The notes beneath the pieces were generated by a model that worked only from the letters and a program-made list of their open reading frames with translations, ran no database searches and was not told where the DNA came from. The translations under genes were made by a program, and so were the position numbers. A DNA stretch of 32,000 nucleotides from a cyanobacterium endosymbiont of Braarudosphaera bigelowii (GTDB lineage: Bacteria > Cyanobacteriota > Cyanobacteriia > Cyanobacteriales > Microcystaceae): the NCBI RefSeq assembly GCF_020885515.1, contig NZ_AP024987.1, positions 1,110,001-1,142,000 on the forward strand, given 5' to 3'. Shown here one piece after another: positions 1-9,504 of the stretch (position 1 is the stretch's first letter; each line of letters begins with the position of its first letter).

Positions 1-2
1 AT

Positions 3-488
3 AAAGATTTAGAAAATCTCTTTGATTTATTATTTGATGTGATTAAAACTATTCGTAATTTACGTGCTGAATTAGATATCAAACCTAAAACAAAAACCTT
101 TGTTATATTACAGAGCGAAAGTAATACAACACAAGATACTTTGAGAATAGGTCAAAAATATATTCAAGATTTAGGGAAGACAAGTAATATAACTATTGTT
201 TCTAAAGTAGAAGCAAAAACAGAGCAAGTATTTACTGGAGTAATAAGAAATATACAGGTTTTAATCCCATTATCAGGAGTAGTTGATATTGTCCTTCTTC
301 GTCAAAAATTAGAAAAAAACTTAAATAAGATAGAAAACGAAGCCAATATCCTAACACAGCGCTTAGATAATTCTAAATTTATTCTAAAAGCTCCTAAGGA
401 AGTAGTTCAAGGAGCAAGAGATGCCCTTGAAGAAGCCAAGCAACAGACCTTTATTTTACGAGAACGTCTTCAACACTTGCATGAGTAG
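3..488 (+). CDS. valS: Valyl-tRNA synthetase, C-terminal fragment (5' end lies left of the window)
   Basis: Frame 3 is open from base 3 (KDLENLFDLLFDV precedes the first Met of the listed ORF at 39), so the gene is cut by the window edge. The tail LEKNLNKIENEANILTQRLDNSKFILKAPKEVVQGARDALEEAKQQ..RERL is the coiled-coil C-terminal arm with the F-x-x-KAP-x-x-VV signature typical of bacterial ValS. Stop TAG at 486-488. Confidence 0.8.
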   Translation, partial: KDLENLFDLLFDVIKTIRNLRAELDIKPKTKTFVILQSESNTTQDTLRIGQKYIQDLGKTSNITIVSKVEAKTEQVFTGVIRNIQVLIPLSGVVDIVLLRQKLEKNLNKIENEANILTQRLDNSKFILKAPKEVVQGARDALEEAKQQTFILRERLQHLHE

Positions 489-531
489 TTTGTTATCAAT
501 AATCAATTTATTGATTATTGATAACAAACTA
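486..531. repeat. Perfect inverted repeat: 22-bp arms (486-507 / 510-531), 2-nt centre; begins on the valS stop codon
   Basis: Checked base by base: every position i pairs with 1017-i from 486/531 to 507/510. The arm reads tagtttgttatcaataatcaat. No T-tract follows (atatataaaatc). Confidence 0.9.
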
Positions 532-701
532 TATATAAAATCTTACTTGTAAATTATTTTATCGATAAACTGATGTAATATTTTTTGATGCTAGATTAGA
601 AAATAAAACAGAATGTAAAAATAATAATTACTATTTGACGTGATTCTAAAAAATATATTATGAATAGTAAATTCTAATACATCTATACAATAAAAGAGTT
701 A

Positions 702-1244
702 ATGAAAATTGATAGGAATCAAAAATTAAAAACGTTATCAGGGCAAATGATAAGGCCTACTTCTTCAAAAGTAAAAGAAGCGTTATTTAATATTTGGCAA
801 GGTAAAATCACAGGATCTTGTTTACTAGATTTATGTGCAGGAAATGGAACAATAGGTTATGAAGCTCTTTGTAGAGGTGCGACCCTAGTGGTCGGAATTG
901 AAAAATACGGAAAAGCTTGTGCAATTATTAATACAAATTGGCTAAAACTTTCGAATTCTGAGCAAGATTTTAAGGTAATAAAGGGTGATGCTTTAAAAAG
1001 TCTGAACAATTTAAAGGAACAACAATTTAATTTTATTTACTTTGATCCTCCTTATAGGAGCAACTTATATCAACCTGTTCTTGAATTAATTGCAAGAACA
1101 AATATCTTAGCTAAAGATGGAGAAGTTGCTGTAGAACACGATCCAAGACTATGGAAAGCAAAAGAAATAAAAAGATTAAAAATTATAAAGGAGAAGCATT
1201 ATGGAAACACTAATTTAACTTTTTATCAGTCAAGTTTAGATTGA
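702..1244 (+). CDS. rsmD: 16S rRNA (guanine966-N2)-methyltransferase RsmD family
   Basis: 180 aa. SAM-binding motif LLDLCAGNGTIGYEALCRGA and catalytic FDPPY motif in the RsmD arrangement, and a typical length. Confidence 0.75.
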   Translation: MKIDRNQKLKTLSGQMIRPTSSKVKEALFNIWQGKITGSCLLDLCAGNGTIGYEALCRGATLVVGIEKYGKACAIINTNWLKLSNSEQDFKVIKGDALKSLNNLKEQQFNFIYFDPPYRSNLYQPVLELIARTNILAKDGEVAVEHDPRLWKAKEIKRLKIIKEKHYGNTNLTFYQSSLD

Positions 1245-1666
1245 AAAGAGCAAAGTTTTGATTTAGTCTAAATTTTATTTAATAATATAAATGATATATT
1301 CAAGAAGTGAAATATAAATAAATTATTGTTTCAAAAATTCTAATCTACAAAGGGTTATAAGAAAATTTAGGAAACACTTTGTTCTTGTATTCTAATTAAT
1401 GGGAAACAGAAAAATGATAAAAATAAATGATTAAGAACTAGAGTAATAGTACTGTTTAAGTACATATTTATTGTAGATCTATATAAACTCAATCTAGATA
1501 AGATAAGTTAGTTCGTTTTGACCGAAATACTTTATATCTTGACTTATATAAGCTAATTATTGCAGTAATTAGTAAAATCTTTTTTCTTACACATCAATAA
1601 AAGAATTTTTGATTAAAAATTAAAAATGAAAATAAACTAAAAGAATACACAATAGACAAGAATAAA

Positions 1667-2203
1667 ATGAGAACAAATATTCTTTCAGCTGAAAAAATAA
1701 GACAAGTATTAACTCGTTTAGCCTCTCAAGTAATTGAAAAATCGGGAAACTTATCCGATATTGTACTGTTGGGAGTTCATACTAGAGGAGTCCCTCTAGC
1801 TTTTATGTTGGCTCAGCAAATAGAAATATTGGAAGATTTTAAGGTTCCTGTTGGTTCTATAGATATTACTTTTTATAGAGACGATTTAGATAGAATCAGA
1901 ACGAGAACTCCGGCTAAGGCTATGTTTTCTTTCGATATAACCGGAAAGACTGTAATTTTAGTTGATGATGTTATCTATAAAGGAAGAACAATTCGTGCTG
2001 CTCTTAATGCTATTAATGAATATGGAAGACCTGAAATAATTCGCTTATTAGTGTTAATAGATAGAGGTCATCGGGAACTACCGATTCATCCTGACTTTAT
2101 AGGAAAGAAATTACCCACATCATCTAAAGAACAAGTAAAAGTTTATTTTCAAGAAACAGATGGGAGGGATGCAGTAGAGTTAATAAAAAATAATTATTCA
2201 TGA
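1667..2203 (+). CDS. pyrR: PyrR, bifunctional pyrimidine regulatory protein / uracil phosphoribosyltransferase
   Basis: 178 aa. [16 protein letters not shown]-binding loop [18 protein letters not shown], and [23 protein letters not shown] are near-consensus PyrR blocks. Confidence 0.9.
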   Translation: MRTNILSAEKIRQVLTRLASQVIEKSGNLSDIVLLGVHTRGVPLAFMLAQQIEILEDFKVPVGSIDITFYRDDLDRIRTRTPAKAMFSFDITGKTVILVDDVIYKGRTIRAALNAINEYGRPEIIRLLVLIDRGHRELPIHPDFIGKKLPTSSKEQVKVYFQETDGRDAVELIKNNYS

Positions 2204-3084
2204 ATAAGCGACAAAGAAAGACTCTAAGCATAGTAAGTATTGTCAAGACTATTGTATATAGATATCATTTTTACAATGAAATCTTTGTAAAATTAAAAGA
2301 AGCATATAAAAAAATCATATCTTTCTACTTAAATTTTCTACACCGTAATCAGCAAACTATCTTTAGTAGAATATTACGCTTTCGTGGAATTAGTGCATTA
2401 GCTTTAAGTGTAAAAACTGATTATTTATTTACTTCAAAACAAACTAAGATTAATTTTTATACTTTCCCAGGTGAGATATGTTTAAAAATATCTACTAAGG
2501 CAAACTCTATAGAAAAAGCATCTACTGTTGTTCAGCCAACTATTACAGAAATACGTAAAATTACCCAATTAAATTACTATGGTCACAATCATGATACTTT
2601 GATCAAAATTGTTGCAAAATTGCTGAGAGAAAACCAAAATACAGTCTCTGTTGCAGAATCTTGTACAGGAGGAGGCTTAGGGGCAATATTTAGTTCTTTC
2701 CCTGGCAGCTCAAATTATTTTCTTGGAGGTATTATTGTATATAGTAATCAAGCAAAAATATCTTTATTGGAAGTCTCAGAAAAAACTTTAAGTATTCATG
2801 GAGCAGTAAGTTCTAATACTGCAAAACAAATGGCTTTAGGTGTTAAAAAGAAACTAGGAACCTCTTGGGGATTGAGCATTACTGGAATTGCTGGGCCAGG
2901 AGGAGGAACACAAATGAAACCTGTTGGTCTAGTCTATATTGGTATTGCCGATCCTGAAAATAAAGTTAGTAGTACAAGATGTTTCTTTGGATCTTGTAAA
3001 AGAGATATAATTCGCTCTTTAAGCGAATATAGCGCGCTAGATCAGTTGAGAAGAAGCTTGTTAACAAAGTTGAATATGTGTTAA
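2200..3084 (+). CDS. CinA-family protein retaining only the linker (KH-like) and C-terminal PncC/NMN-deamidase domains; N-terminal MoCF/COG1058 domain absent
   Basis: The C-terminal ~165 aa carry [32 protein letters not shown]....L..HGAVS...A..MA..V......[14 protein letters not shown]...KPVGLVYIG, which is the CinA C-terminal domain. Residues ~55-125 (RILRFRGIS...[17 protein letters not shown]) resemble the CinA middle domain. The ATG at 2200 overlaps the pyrR stop (ATGA). Confidence 0.75.
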   Translation: MNKRQRKTLSIVSIVKTIVYRYHFYNEIFVKLKEAYKKIISFYLNFLHRNQQTIFSRILRFRGISALALSVKTDYLFTSKQTKINFYTFPGEICLKISTKANSIEKASTVVQPTITEIRKITQLNYYGHNHDTLIKIVAKLLRENQNTVSVAESCTGGGLGAIFSSFPGSSNYFLGGIIVYSNQAKISLLEVSEKTLSIHGAVSSNTAKQMALGVKKKLGTSWGLSITGIAGPGGGTQMKPVGLVYIGIADPENKVSSTRCFFGSCKRDIIRSLSEYSALDQLRRSLLTKLNMC

Positions 3085-3191
3085 TAGATAATATCTTTTC
3101 TAATTCATTTATAAAATTTCAATTATTTGATGGATGTGAAACATATAGTTATTATAAAATATCTAAGTTCACTATATAAATAGAAATTCAA

Positions 3192-3265
3192 TGGACATAA
3201 CTGGATTCGAACCAGTGACCCCATCGATGTCAACGATGTACTCTAACCAACTGAGCTATACGTCC
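3192..3265 (-). tRNA. tRNA-Val (anticodon GAC), 74 nt, CCA not encoded
   Basis: The reverse complement GGACGTA-TA-GCTC-AGTTGGTTA-GAGT-A-CATCG-TTGACAT-CGATG-GGGTC-ACTGG-TTCGAAT-CCAGT-TATGTCC-A folds into a full cloverleaf: 7-bp acceptor with one G-U, canonical T-loop, anticodon loop TTGACAT. Confidence 0.95.
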
Positions 3266-3721
3266 TTATTAACTTAATATAACATAATATCCTGCAATAA
3301 TCATCCGTAAGATAAGCTATGATTTATTTTTTGATAAATACATCAAGAGCCACTATTTGAAAAAAATAAGATAAAAAGACTATATTACTTTCAGAAATAA
3401 TTTTCTACAGATTCCTGAAAAACTTAGATTTTATTTTTTATAAATTTTGTACACATACAAATTAATGTTGGGAAAACACTATGAATCGGGATCAAAAATA
3501 TTTCTTATAATTAGTGTATTTAAACATTTATAAAATAAAGTATTGAAGTACATTTGATAAATAGTAAAATACAGAATTTCTTGTGAAAAATATTGAGTAA
3601 AAAATGTAAACCATGAAACCTAGATAAATTTATCATGCTTCTTTAATTAAATCATTAAAAAATTTTACTAACCTTTATGTAGGTAAAAACTTCTAGGCCA
3701 TAAGTCTAAATACTTAAAATT

Positions 3722-4351
3722 ATGGAAAAATCAATTCAACTTAATAAGAATGACTTAATAACCTATCCTATAGCTGAAATCTTTCATTCTATCCAAGGTG
3801 AAGGTGCTTGGACGGGAGTGAGTGCATTTTTTATTCGTTTAGCTGGATGTAATGTTGGCTGTCCATGGTGTGATCAAAAAGAATCATGGAAACATAAAAC
3901 ATTCCCAAAATATTCGTCTAAAACTTTAGCTATAGAAGCTCACAAAGCTAATGCAAGTATTATAGTTATTACTGGAGGAGAACCTTTGATGTACAATTTG
4001 TTCCCCTTAACTAATGCCTTACAAAATTTAGGAATGCAAGTCCATTTAGAAACTTCTGGTTCTTATCCTTTTAGTGGTAACTTTGATTGGATAACACTTT
4101 CGCCTAAACCTTTTAAAATTCCACATGAAAGTATATATGATAAAGCAAGCGAGTTAAAAGTTATCGTAGCTAATCAAAAAGATTTTGATTGGGCGGAAGA
4201 ACAAAAAAATAAAACTAATTCTCAATCAATTAACTTTCTACAACCTGAATGGAATAGTGATATAAGTAGTTCTTTAATTTATAACTACATTCGTAAACAT
4301 CCCGAATGGCGTATAAGCTTACAAACTCATAAGTTTTTAGGTATTAGATGA
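3722..4351 (+). CDS. queE: 7-carboxy-7-deazaguanine synthase (radical SAM, queuosine pathway)
   Basis: 209 aa. IFHSIQGEGAWTGVSAFFIRLAGCNVGCPWCD carries the QueE-type CxxxCxxC cluster motif and the upstream QGEG block. TGGEPL follows. Confidence 0.85.
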   Translation: MEKSIQLNKNDLITYPIAEIFHSIQGEGAWTGVSAFFIRLAGCNVGCPWCDQKESWKHKTFPKYSSKTLAIEAHKANASIIVITGGEPLMYNLFPLTNALQNLGMQVHLETSGSYPFSGNFDWITLSPKPFKIPHESIYDKASELKVIVANQKDFDWAEEQKNKTNSQSINFLQPEWNSDISSSLIYNYIRKHPEWRISLQTHKFLGIR

Positions 4352-4360
4352 ACAAAAATT

Positions 4361-4395
4361 ACTATATTCTTTTATAAGTCATGAAAGAATATAGT
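4361..4395 (+). terminator. Canonical-looking intrinsic terminator after queE
   Basis: Perfect 12-bp stem actatattcttt / aaagaatatagt (4361-4372 / 4384-4395). It lies 10 nt after the queE stop, is followed directly by TTTTGT and is preceded by an A-run. Confidence 0.6.
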
Positions 4396-4576
4396 TTTGT
4401 CTTGATTCGAAAAAATACTTGTATGTACTTAACCTATTTCACGGCTATAAAATTTGAAGGGCAATGATTTTGAAGATATTTAATGTCAAATTCACATTAT
4501 TGAAAATATAGTTATAGAAAGTAAGTTAGTGACATAACTTGTTTTTTAAAAAATTTTCTGTTAGCATATTAAAAAA

Positions 4577-4672
4577 CGAAAGGGGCAGACCAGCATCCCA
4601 AATACCAATTTTAGCCACAAGGCTACACCGAAGGACTTGCTTAGTTTTCGCCCCATGGTAGATGAGGGGTAA
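4577..4672 (+). ncRNA. Candidate structured RNA / rimO leader (GC-rich island in an AT-rich spacer); identity unknown
   Basis: About half G+C by hand count, against visibly much lower G+C in the flanking spacer. Contains GGGGC (4582-4586) and GCCCC (4650-4654), the hairpin TAGCC-ACAA-GGCTA (4612-4625), and CCCC (4651-4654) / GGGG (4666-4669). Strand is assumed from the downstream gene. Confidence 0.25.
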
Positions 4673-4684
4673 AACCAAATATAC

Positions 4685-6004
4685 ATGGTCAAAAAACCAG
4701 CTATTGCAATTTCACATCTCGGTTGTGAGAAAAATCGAATAGATTCAGAGCATATCTTAGGACTATTAGCAACAGAAGGATATTCTGTTAGTTCAAGTGA
4801 ACACCTTGCTGATTATGTTGTTGTAAATACTTGTAGTTTCATCCAACAAGCTAGGGAAGAATCAGTTCGTACCCTAGTAGAGTTAGCCGAAAATAATAAA
4901 AAAATTATTGTTGCTGGCTGTATGGCTCAACATTTTCAAAATCAATTACTTGAAGAATTACCTGAAGTTGTAGCAATCGTTGGAACAGGAAATTATCAAG
5001 ACATTGTTAAAACTGTTCAACGTGTTGAGTTGGGTGAAAGAGTAATAGATATATCTCAAAAACCTACTTTTATTGCTGACGAAACTATTCCACGCTATCG
5101 AACTACTAATGAAGGAGTAGCTTATTTAAGAATAGCAGAAGGATGTGACTATCGCTGTACCTTCTGTATCATTCCCCATTTGCGAGGCAATCAAAGATCT
5201 CGCACTATCGAATCTATTGTCGCAGAAGCCCGACAACTAGCTGATCAAGGTGTACAAGAGATTATTCTTGTTTCGCAAATTACTACAAATTATGGTCTAG
5301 ATCTTTACGGGAAAGCTCAGTTAGCCGAGCTTTTGCAAGCGCTAGGAAAAGTTAATATTCCTTGGATACGTGTTCACTATGCATATCCTACCGGATTAAC
5401 AACAGAAGTTCTTCAGGCTGTTAAAGAAGTACCAAATGTCATTCCTTATTTAGATCTACCATTACAGCATTCTCATCCTAATATTCTAAAAGCTATGAAT
5501 CGGCCTTGGAAGGGAACAGTAAATGATGAAATCATTGAAGTTATAAAAACATCTATTCCAAATGTTGTTTTACGCACAACTTTCATTGTTGGCTTTCCTG
5601 GTGAAACAGATGAATACTTCGAACATTTAGTAAAATTCATTAAAAGGCATCAATTCGATCATGTAGGAGTTTTTGTATTTTCTCCAGAGGAAGAAACTCC
5701 TTCCTATAGAATGCTTAATCAAGTTCCATTGGAAATAGCTCAAGAAAGGCGAGATTACTTAATGGAAATACAGCAGCCTATTTCTAGTAAGAAAAATAAA
5801 CAGTATATTGACACGATAATAGAAGTATTGATTGAACAAGAGAATCCAAAAACTCATCAATATATAGGTCGTTCAATTAAATTTTCTCCTGACGTAGATG
5901 GAGTTGTTTTTGTTAAAGGAGAGGCTCAATTAAATTCAATTATTCCAGTTAAAATTACCAAAGCTGATGCTTATGATCTCTATGGAAAAGTTGTTGACAC
6001 TTAA
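4685..6004 (+). CDS. rimO: Ribosomal protein S12 methylthiotransferase RimO
   Basis: 439 aa. N-terminal MTTase domain ([20 protein letters not shown]), radical-SAM motif [18 protein letters not shown], and a C-terminal TRAM-like domain. Length and N-terminus are typical of RimO rather than MiaB. Confidence 0.88.
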   Translation: MVKKPAIAISHLGCEKNRIDSEHILGLLATEGYSVSSSEHLADYVVVNTCSFIQQAREESVRTLVELAENNKKIIVAGCMAQHFQNQLLEELPEVVAIVGTGNYQDIVKTVQRVELGERVIDISQKPTFIADETIPRYRTTNEGVAYLRIAEGCDYRCTFCIIPHLRGNQRSRTIESIVAEARQLADQGVQEIILVSQITTNYGLDLYGKAQLAELLQALGKVNIPWIRVHYAYPTGLTTEVLQAVKEVPNVIPYLDLPLQHSHPNILKAMNRPWKGTVNDEIIEVIKTSIPNVVLRTTFIVGFPGETDEYFEHLVKFIKRHQFDHVGVFVFSPEEETPSYRMLNQVPLEIAQERRDYLMEIQQPISSKKNKQYIDTIIEVLIEQENPKTHQYIGRSIKFSPDVDGVVFVKGEAQLNSIIPVKITKADAYDLYGKVVDT

Positions 6005-6158
6005 ATATTTATTTGCATATGCATTAAGGTGGAAACAAAAAATAACTTAGTAATAGCATTAATTAAAACAATAAGTAATTTAAAAACTATTATTAAAATC
6101 TTCACTATACCTTGTTAAATTTTCAACTTACAGTAAACCTATTAACTATAACGATCTT

Positions 6159-7592
6159 ATGACTATTTCTTTCGAGAACTTAGGACTATCCGAAATTCGC
6201 GTCAATAAATTAAAAGAGCTCGGATTTGAAAACCCTACTGAGATTCAGGAAAAAGCAATTCCTTTGATGCTAGAAGGACATGACGTACTAGGACAATCAC
6301 AAACAGGGACGGGAAAAACTGCAGCCTATTCTTTGCCTATTCTTGAACAAGTTGATATACAAAATCCTAACGTTCAAGTCTTAATCTTGACTCCTACTCG
6401 TGAACTTGCTCAGCAAGTCGCAGAAGCTTTAAAAGAATTTGCAGTAGAACGACGTTTATATATATTAACTGTTTATGGTGGCCAGTCCATAGATAGACAG
6501 ATTAGAAGCCTAGAACGAGGGGTCCAAATTGTAGTAGGAACTCCAGGGAGAGTTATTGACCTCTTAGAACGGAAAAAGCTAATTTTAGACTCTTTATCCT
6601 GGGCCGTTCTTGATGAAGCCGACGAGATGCTTAGTATGGGTTTTATTGATGACGTAAAAACTATCTTAAAAAAGACGCCTGAGCAACGTAATACTGCCTG
6701 TTTTTCTGCTACGATGCCAAGAGAAATAAGAGAACTTGTTAATCAATTTCTAAAATCTCCAGTAACTATATCTGTTGAAAAAACTCAGGCTGCTCCTACG
6801 CGAATAGAGCAAAATATATATATGGTTCCTAGAGGCTGGTCAAAGCGAAAAGCATTGCAACCGGTTTTAGAAATAGAAGATCCCGAATCAGCTATTATTT
6901 TTGTTCGTACTAAACAAACAGCTTCAGATTTAACTACAAGATTGCAAGAAATCGGTCATTGTGTAGATGAGTATCATGGTAACCTTAGTCAATCTCAGAG
7001 AGAAAGATTAGTTCATCGCTTTAGAGATGGTAGGATAAAATTAGTTGTAGCTACGGATATCGCAGCCAGGGGTTTAGATGTAGAGGGTTTGAGCCATGTT
7101 ATTAACTATGATTTACCAGATAATAGTGAAACCTACATTCATAGAATCGGCCGTACTGGAAGAGCTGGTAAAACCGGAAAAGCAATTTCTATCGTGGAAT
7201 CTATTGATCGTCGAATGATTCGGCAAATTGAACGAAAACTTCGTCAAAAAATAGATATTTGCAAAATACCTAGTCGTTCAGAAGTTGAAGCAAAGAGACT
7301 AGAAAAATTACAAAATTTGATTAAAGAATCATTAGTAGGGGAAAGGATGGCTTCTTTTTTACCCTTAGTAAGTGATTTGAGCACAGAGTATGACCCTCAA
7401 GCAATTGCCGCTGCAGCTTTACAAATGATTTATGATCAAGACTGTCCTGATTGGATGAAAACTGATTGGGAAGTTCCTGAAGCAACTACACCGAAACCAG
7501 TTGTCAATCGCAAATCTAATAAATATAGCTCCAAGAATAGTAAGAATAATCGTAGCATTAGTAAAAGCATTCGCAAAACAGTAAGTCATTAA
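6159..7592 (+). CDS. DEAD-box ATP-dependent RNA helicase (cyanobacterial CrhR / DeaD-like)
   Basis: 477 aa with a Q-motif region (FENPTEIQ), motif I SQTGTGKTAAY, motif II DEADEM, SAT, and HRIGRTGRAG, plus a basic Lys/Ser/Asn-rich tail. Confidence 0.9.
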   Translation: MTISFENLGLSEIRVNKLKELGFENPTEIQEKAIPLMLEGHDVLGQSQTGTGKTAAYSLPILEQVDIQNPNVQVLILTPTRELAQQVAEALKEFAVERRLYILTVYGGQSIDRQIRSLERGVQIVVGTPGRVIDLLERKKLILDSLSWAVLDEADEMLSMGFIDDVKTILKKTPEQRNTACFSATMPREIRELVNQFLKSPVTISVEKTQAAPTRIEQNIYMVPRGWSKRKALQPVLEIEDPESAIIFVRTKQTASDLTTRLQEIGHCVDEYHGNLSQSQRERLVHRFRDGRIKLVVATDIAARGLDVEGLSHVINYDLPDNSETYIHRIGRTGRAGKTGKAISIVESIDRRMIRQIERKLRQKIDICKIPSRSEVEAKRLEKLQNLIKESLVGERMASFLPLVSDLSTEYDPQAIAAAALQMIYDQDCPDWMKTDWEVPEATTPKPVVNRKSNKYSSKNSKNNRSISKSIRKTVSH

Positions 7593-7601
7593 ACATAGCG
7601 C

Positions 7602-7634
7602 TTGGTATTCATATTTATATAATATGAATGCCAA
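7602..7634. terminator. Hairpin between the convergent helicase and pmbA genes (likely shared terminator)
   Basis: 14-bp stem ttggtattcatatt / aatatgaatgccaa with one G-U pair and a 5-nt loop (tatat). It starts 10 nt after the helicase stop and is followed on the + strand by T-rich ctatttatttattt. Confidence 0.55.
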
Positions 7635-7696
7635 CTATTTATTTATTTCCTATACCAGAACTATATCTCCAATATGGGAAAATCTATTTTTTTAAA

Positions 7697-8980
7697 TTAA
7701 TTAATTACCGAAAGGCCTTCTGCTAACAAAGATGGGGCATAAGTTGAATTTACCCAACGTGAATCATTAGCTATACCAATAATATTTTCTAAAATTTTAT
7801 AAACGTTACCTGTTACCATAGTGTCTTTTATTCTCCCATTTATCGAGCCATCCTGAATAGAGTATCCTGAGTCTATATTGACAGAGAAATCCCCAGATAT
7901 ATCAATTTTTTCTCCTAGGACTAAGTCTACTATAATACCGTAATCTAACTTCTTGATTAAATCCTTAAAATTTTCTTTTCCAGGCTCTACTATTAGATTA
8001 ATTAATACAGGTGTTGGGTAACTTTTCAAATTAGGGCGAAAACCATTGCCAGTGCTTTTTATTCCTAATCTTTTTGCACTAGTAAGATTACTATAAAATT
8101 GTTGTAAATCTCCTTTTTTGATTAAAGATAATTCCTGTGTAACAGTTCCTTCGTCATCAAAAGGAATAGTGTAAGGTTTATATCGTGGATTTTGGGATAT
8201 AGTCAGAGAGTTTGACATAACCTGTTTTTGTAGCTTGTTACTCCAAGGAGAAGTTTTTTCTAAAACAAACTTACTATTGAGAGCCTCAGATACTGTATTC
8301 CAAAGCATAGCAGCTCCATTAGGAGTAAATAGAACTGGTATATAACCTTTCGGAGCCGAAGTAGTTTTTTTCGCCCATTCTAAACGTTCTAAAATATTTT
8401 TTGCTATTTGTTGAGTCTCAATTTTTCCTTGGGTTAGTTTAGTATCATGGACACTCAAAAAATCTTTTCCGTTTGAACATTCTAATTCTAGATAATAATT
8501 AACTAACGATTTACTATATTCACAATGAAGTCCCACAGAGTTTACTAAGCATGTAAACTGTTCTGAATAAATAAACTCTCCACTACAAATAGCTTCTATA
8601 TAGATGTCTCTTAATTGACGGATTGTATCTTCTCCTGAGGCAATCAGTTGCTCAGTAGGTATAAATTCTCCCTGATGAGGTTGAAGATTTATATGTGAGT
8701 GATTAGGTTTAATAATTTCAGTATTATTTAAAGTTGACAAAATAATCGCTTGATCAACTAACTTATCACTATCAAAATCTCCATAAGCAACAGCCAATCC
8801 TGATGAACCTTCTTTCCATAAGCGTAAAGCTATTCCTTCTGATTGAGAATTTTCTAATCTTTTTAGATTGTTAGTCTCAAATATAGCAGAATCAGATTTA
8901 AGCTTAGACTGATAAACTTCTGCATGAGAAGCTCCTTTGCGCAGAGCTGAATCTATTAATTTTTGCAGTTCAATATCCAT
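7697..8980 (-). CDS. pmbA: TldD/PmbA-family metalloprotease (PmbA/TldE-like)
   Basis: 427 aa. The N-terminus ...ALRKGASHAEVYQS... and the C-terminal block GNGFR..........P..N..VEPG......LI......GIIV......G.....SGDFS......G..I..G are typical of the PmbA_TldD family. Confidence 0.8.
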   Translation of the reverse strand: MDIELQKLIDSALRKGASHAEVYQSKLKSDSAIFETNNLKRLENSQSEGIALRLWKEGSSGLAVAYGDFDSDKLVDQAIILSTLNNTEIIKPNHSHINLQPHQGEFIPTEQLIASGEDTIRQLRDIYIEAICSGEFIYSEQFTCLVNSVGLHCEYSKSLVNYYLELECSNGKDFLSVHDTKLTQGKIETQQIAKNILERLEWAKKTTSAPKGYIPVLFTPNGAAMLWNTVSEALNSKFVLEKTSPWSNKLQKQVMSNSLTISQNPRYKPYTIPFDDEGTVTQELSLIKKGDLQQFYSNLTSAKRLGIKSTGNGFRPNLKSYPTPVLINLIVEPGKENFKDLIKKLDYGIIVDLVLGEKIDISGDFSVNIDSGYSIQDGSINGRIKDTMVTGNVYKILENIIGIANDSRWVNSTYAPSLLAEGLSVIN

Positions 8981-9106
8981 AACTTTAATATGATAGAATC
9001 TTAGGTGTATGAAACTGAATCTAAATGAATATTTATCAGTAGACTATTATTAAGTTACAAAATAAAGTTATTAAGTAATCTTGGAAAATTAACATTTGGA
9101 GACTTT

Positions 9107-9295
9107 ATGGTTAGTAAATCTACATTCAATAAACAGGATACATCAAAAGATCAAAATGTCGAGCCAGATATTAGTTATGTTAAACTAGCTATGCGTAATA
9201 TGGTTCGCAAAAAGGTTACTTCCATTAAACATTTTCTCGTAACTACTATAGGACTACTAGCTTTTTTAATTGGTCTTGCCTATTTGACACGCTAA
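9107..9295 (+). CDS. Small conserved-looking membrane-anchored protein (resembles DUF3285-type cyanobacterial proteins from memory; unverified)
   Basis: 62 aa. GGAG lies 7-10 nt upstream of the ATG. Hydrophilic N-terminus, the block SYVKLAMRNMVRKK, then one C-terminal hydrophobic helix LVTTIGLLAFLIGLAYL. Confidence 0.5.
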   Translation: MVSKSTFNKQDTSKDQNVEPDISYVKLAMRNMVRKKVTSIKHFLVTTIGLLAFLIGLAYLTR

Positions 9296-9504
9296 TACCT
9301 TGGTTTAAACTCACTTACAAGCTAATTAATTTTACAAGTACTGTATCTAAAACAACAGAAAATCATTATATCTTTTTCTAAAACAAGAAACTTTGTTAAT
9401 CATTATTGGTCTTTAGTAAAAGTCTCAACTTAGAATATATACGAAGTCAATAGGCTTTATAAAAAATAAGTTACTCCTTATAAAAATTAGTAAAGTTAAA
9501 GATT

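Noticed and set aside
1245-1666. PyrR-binding attenuator in the long pyrR leader
   Set aside because: I found no copy of the Bacillus-type binding-loop core (..UCCAGAGAGG..) and no convincing terminator/antiterminator pair. PyrR-mediated attenuation is not established for cyanobacteria.
3-3265. valS and tRNA-Val(GAC) lying within 3 kb of each other as a possible functional linkage
   Set aside because: Four unrelated genes lie between them and they are on opposite strands. This is most simply coincidence.
3655-3721. Possible preQ1-type riboswitch upstream of queE (ACCTttatgtAGGT followed by an A-rich tail, AAAAACTTCTAGG)
   Set aside because: Only a 4-bp stem and a superficial A-tail resemblance are present. 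The conserved preQ1-I loop nucleotides are not there, and it sits ~40 nt from the ATG without touching an SD. It is indistinguishable from chance in AT-rich DNA.
4582-4655. The GGGGC...GCCCCA segment is exactly 74 nt, so I considered a tRNA or tRNA-like pseudogene, tmRNA or SRP RNA
   Set aside because: There is no T-arm (GTTCRANYC) or D-arm. The acceptor pairing has only 5 bp, then an A-C mismatch and a G-U pair. The central hairpin has a 4-nt loop rather than a 7-nt anticodon loop. It is far too short for tmRNA, and the SRP domain IV consensus (GGAA tetraloop with an AGCAGCC-type flank) is absent. It is kept only as an unclassified candidate structured RNA.
7419-7634. 71-aa ORF on the minus strand overlapping the 3' end of the helicase gene
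   Set aside because: It is antisense to a well-supported gene and has Phe/Ile/Cys-rich, composition-driven sequence with no motif. Its start falls inside the terminator hairpin.
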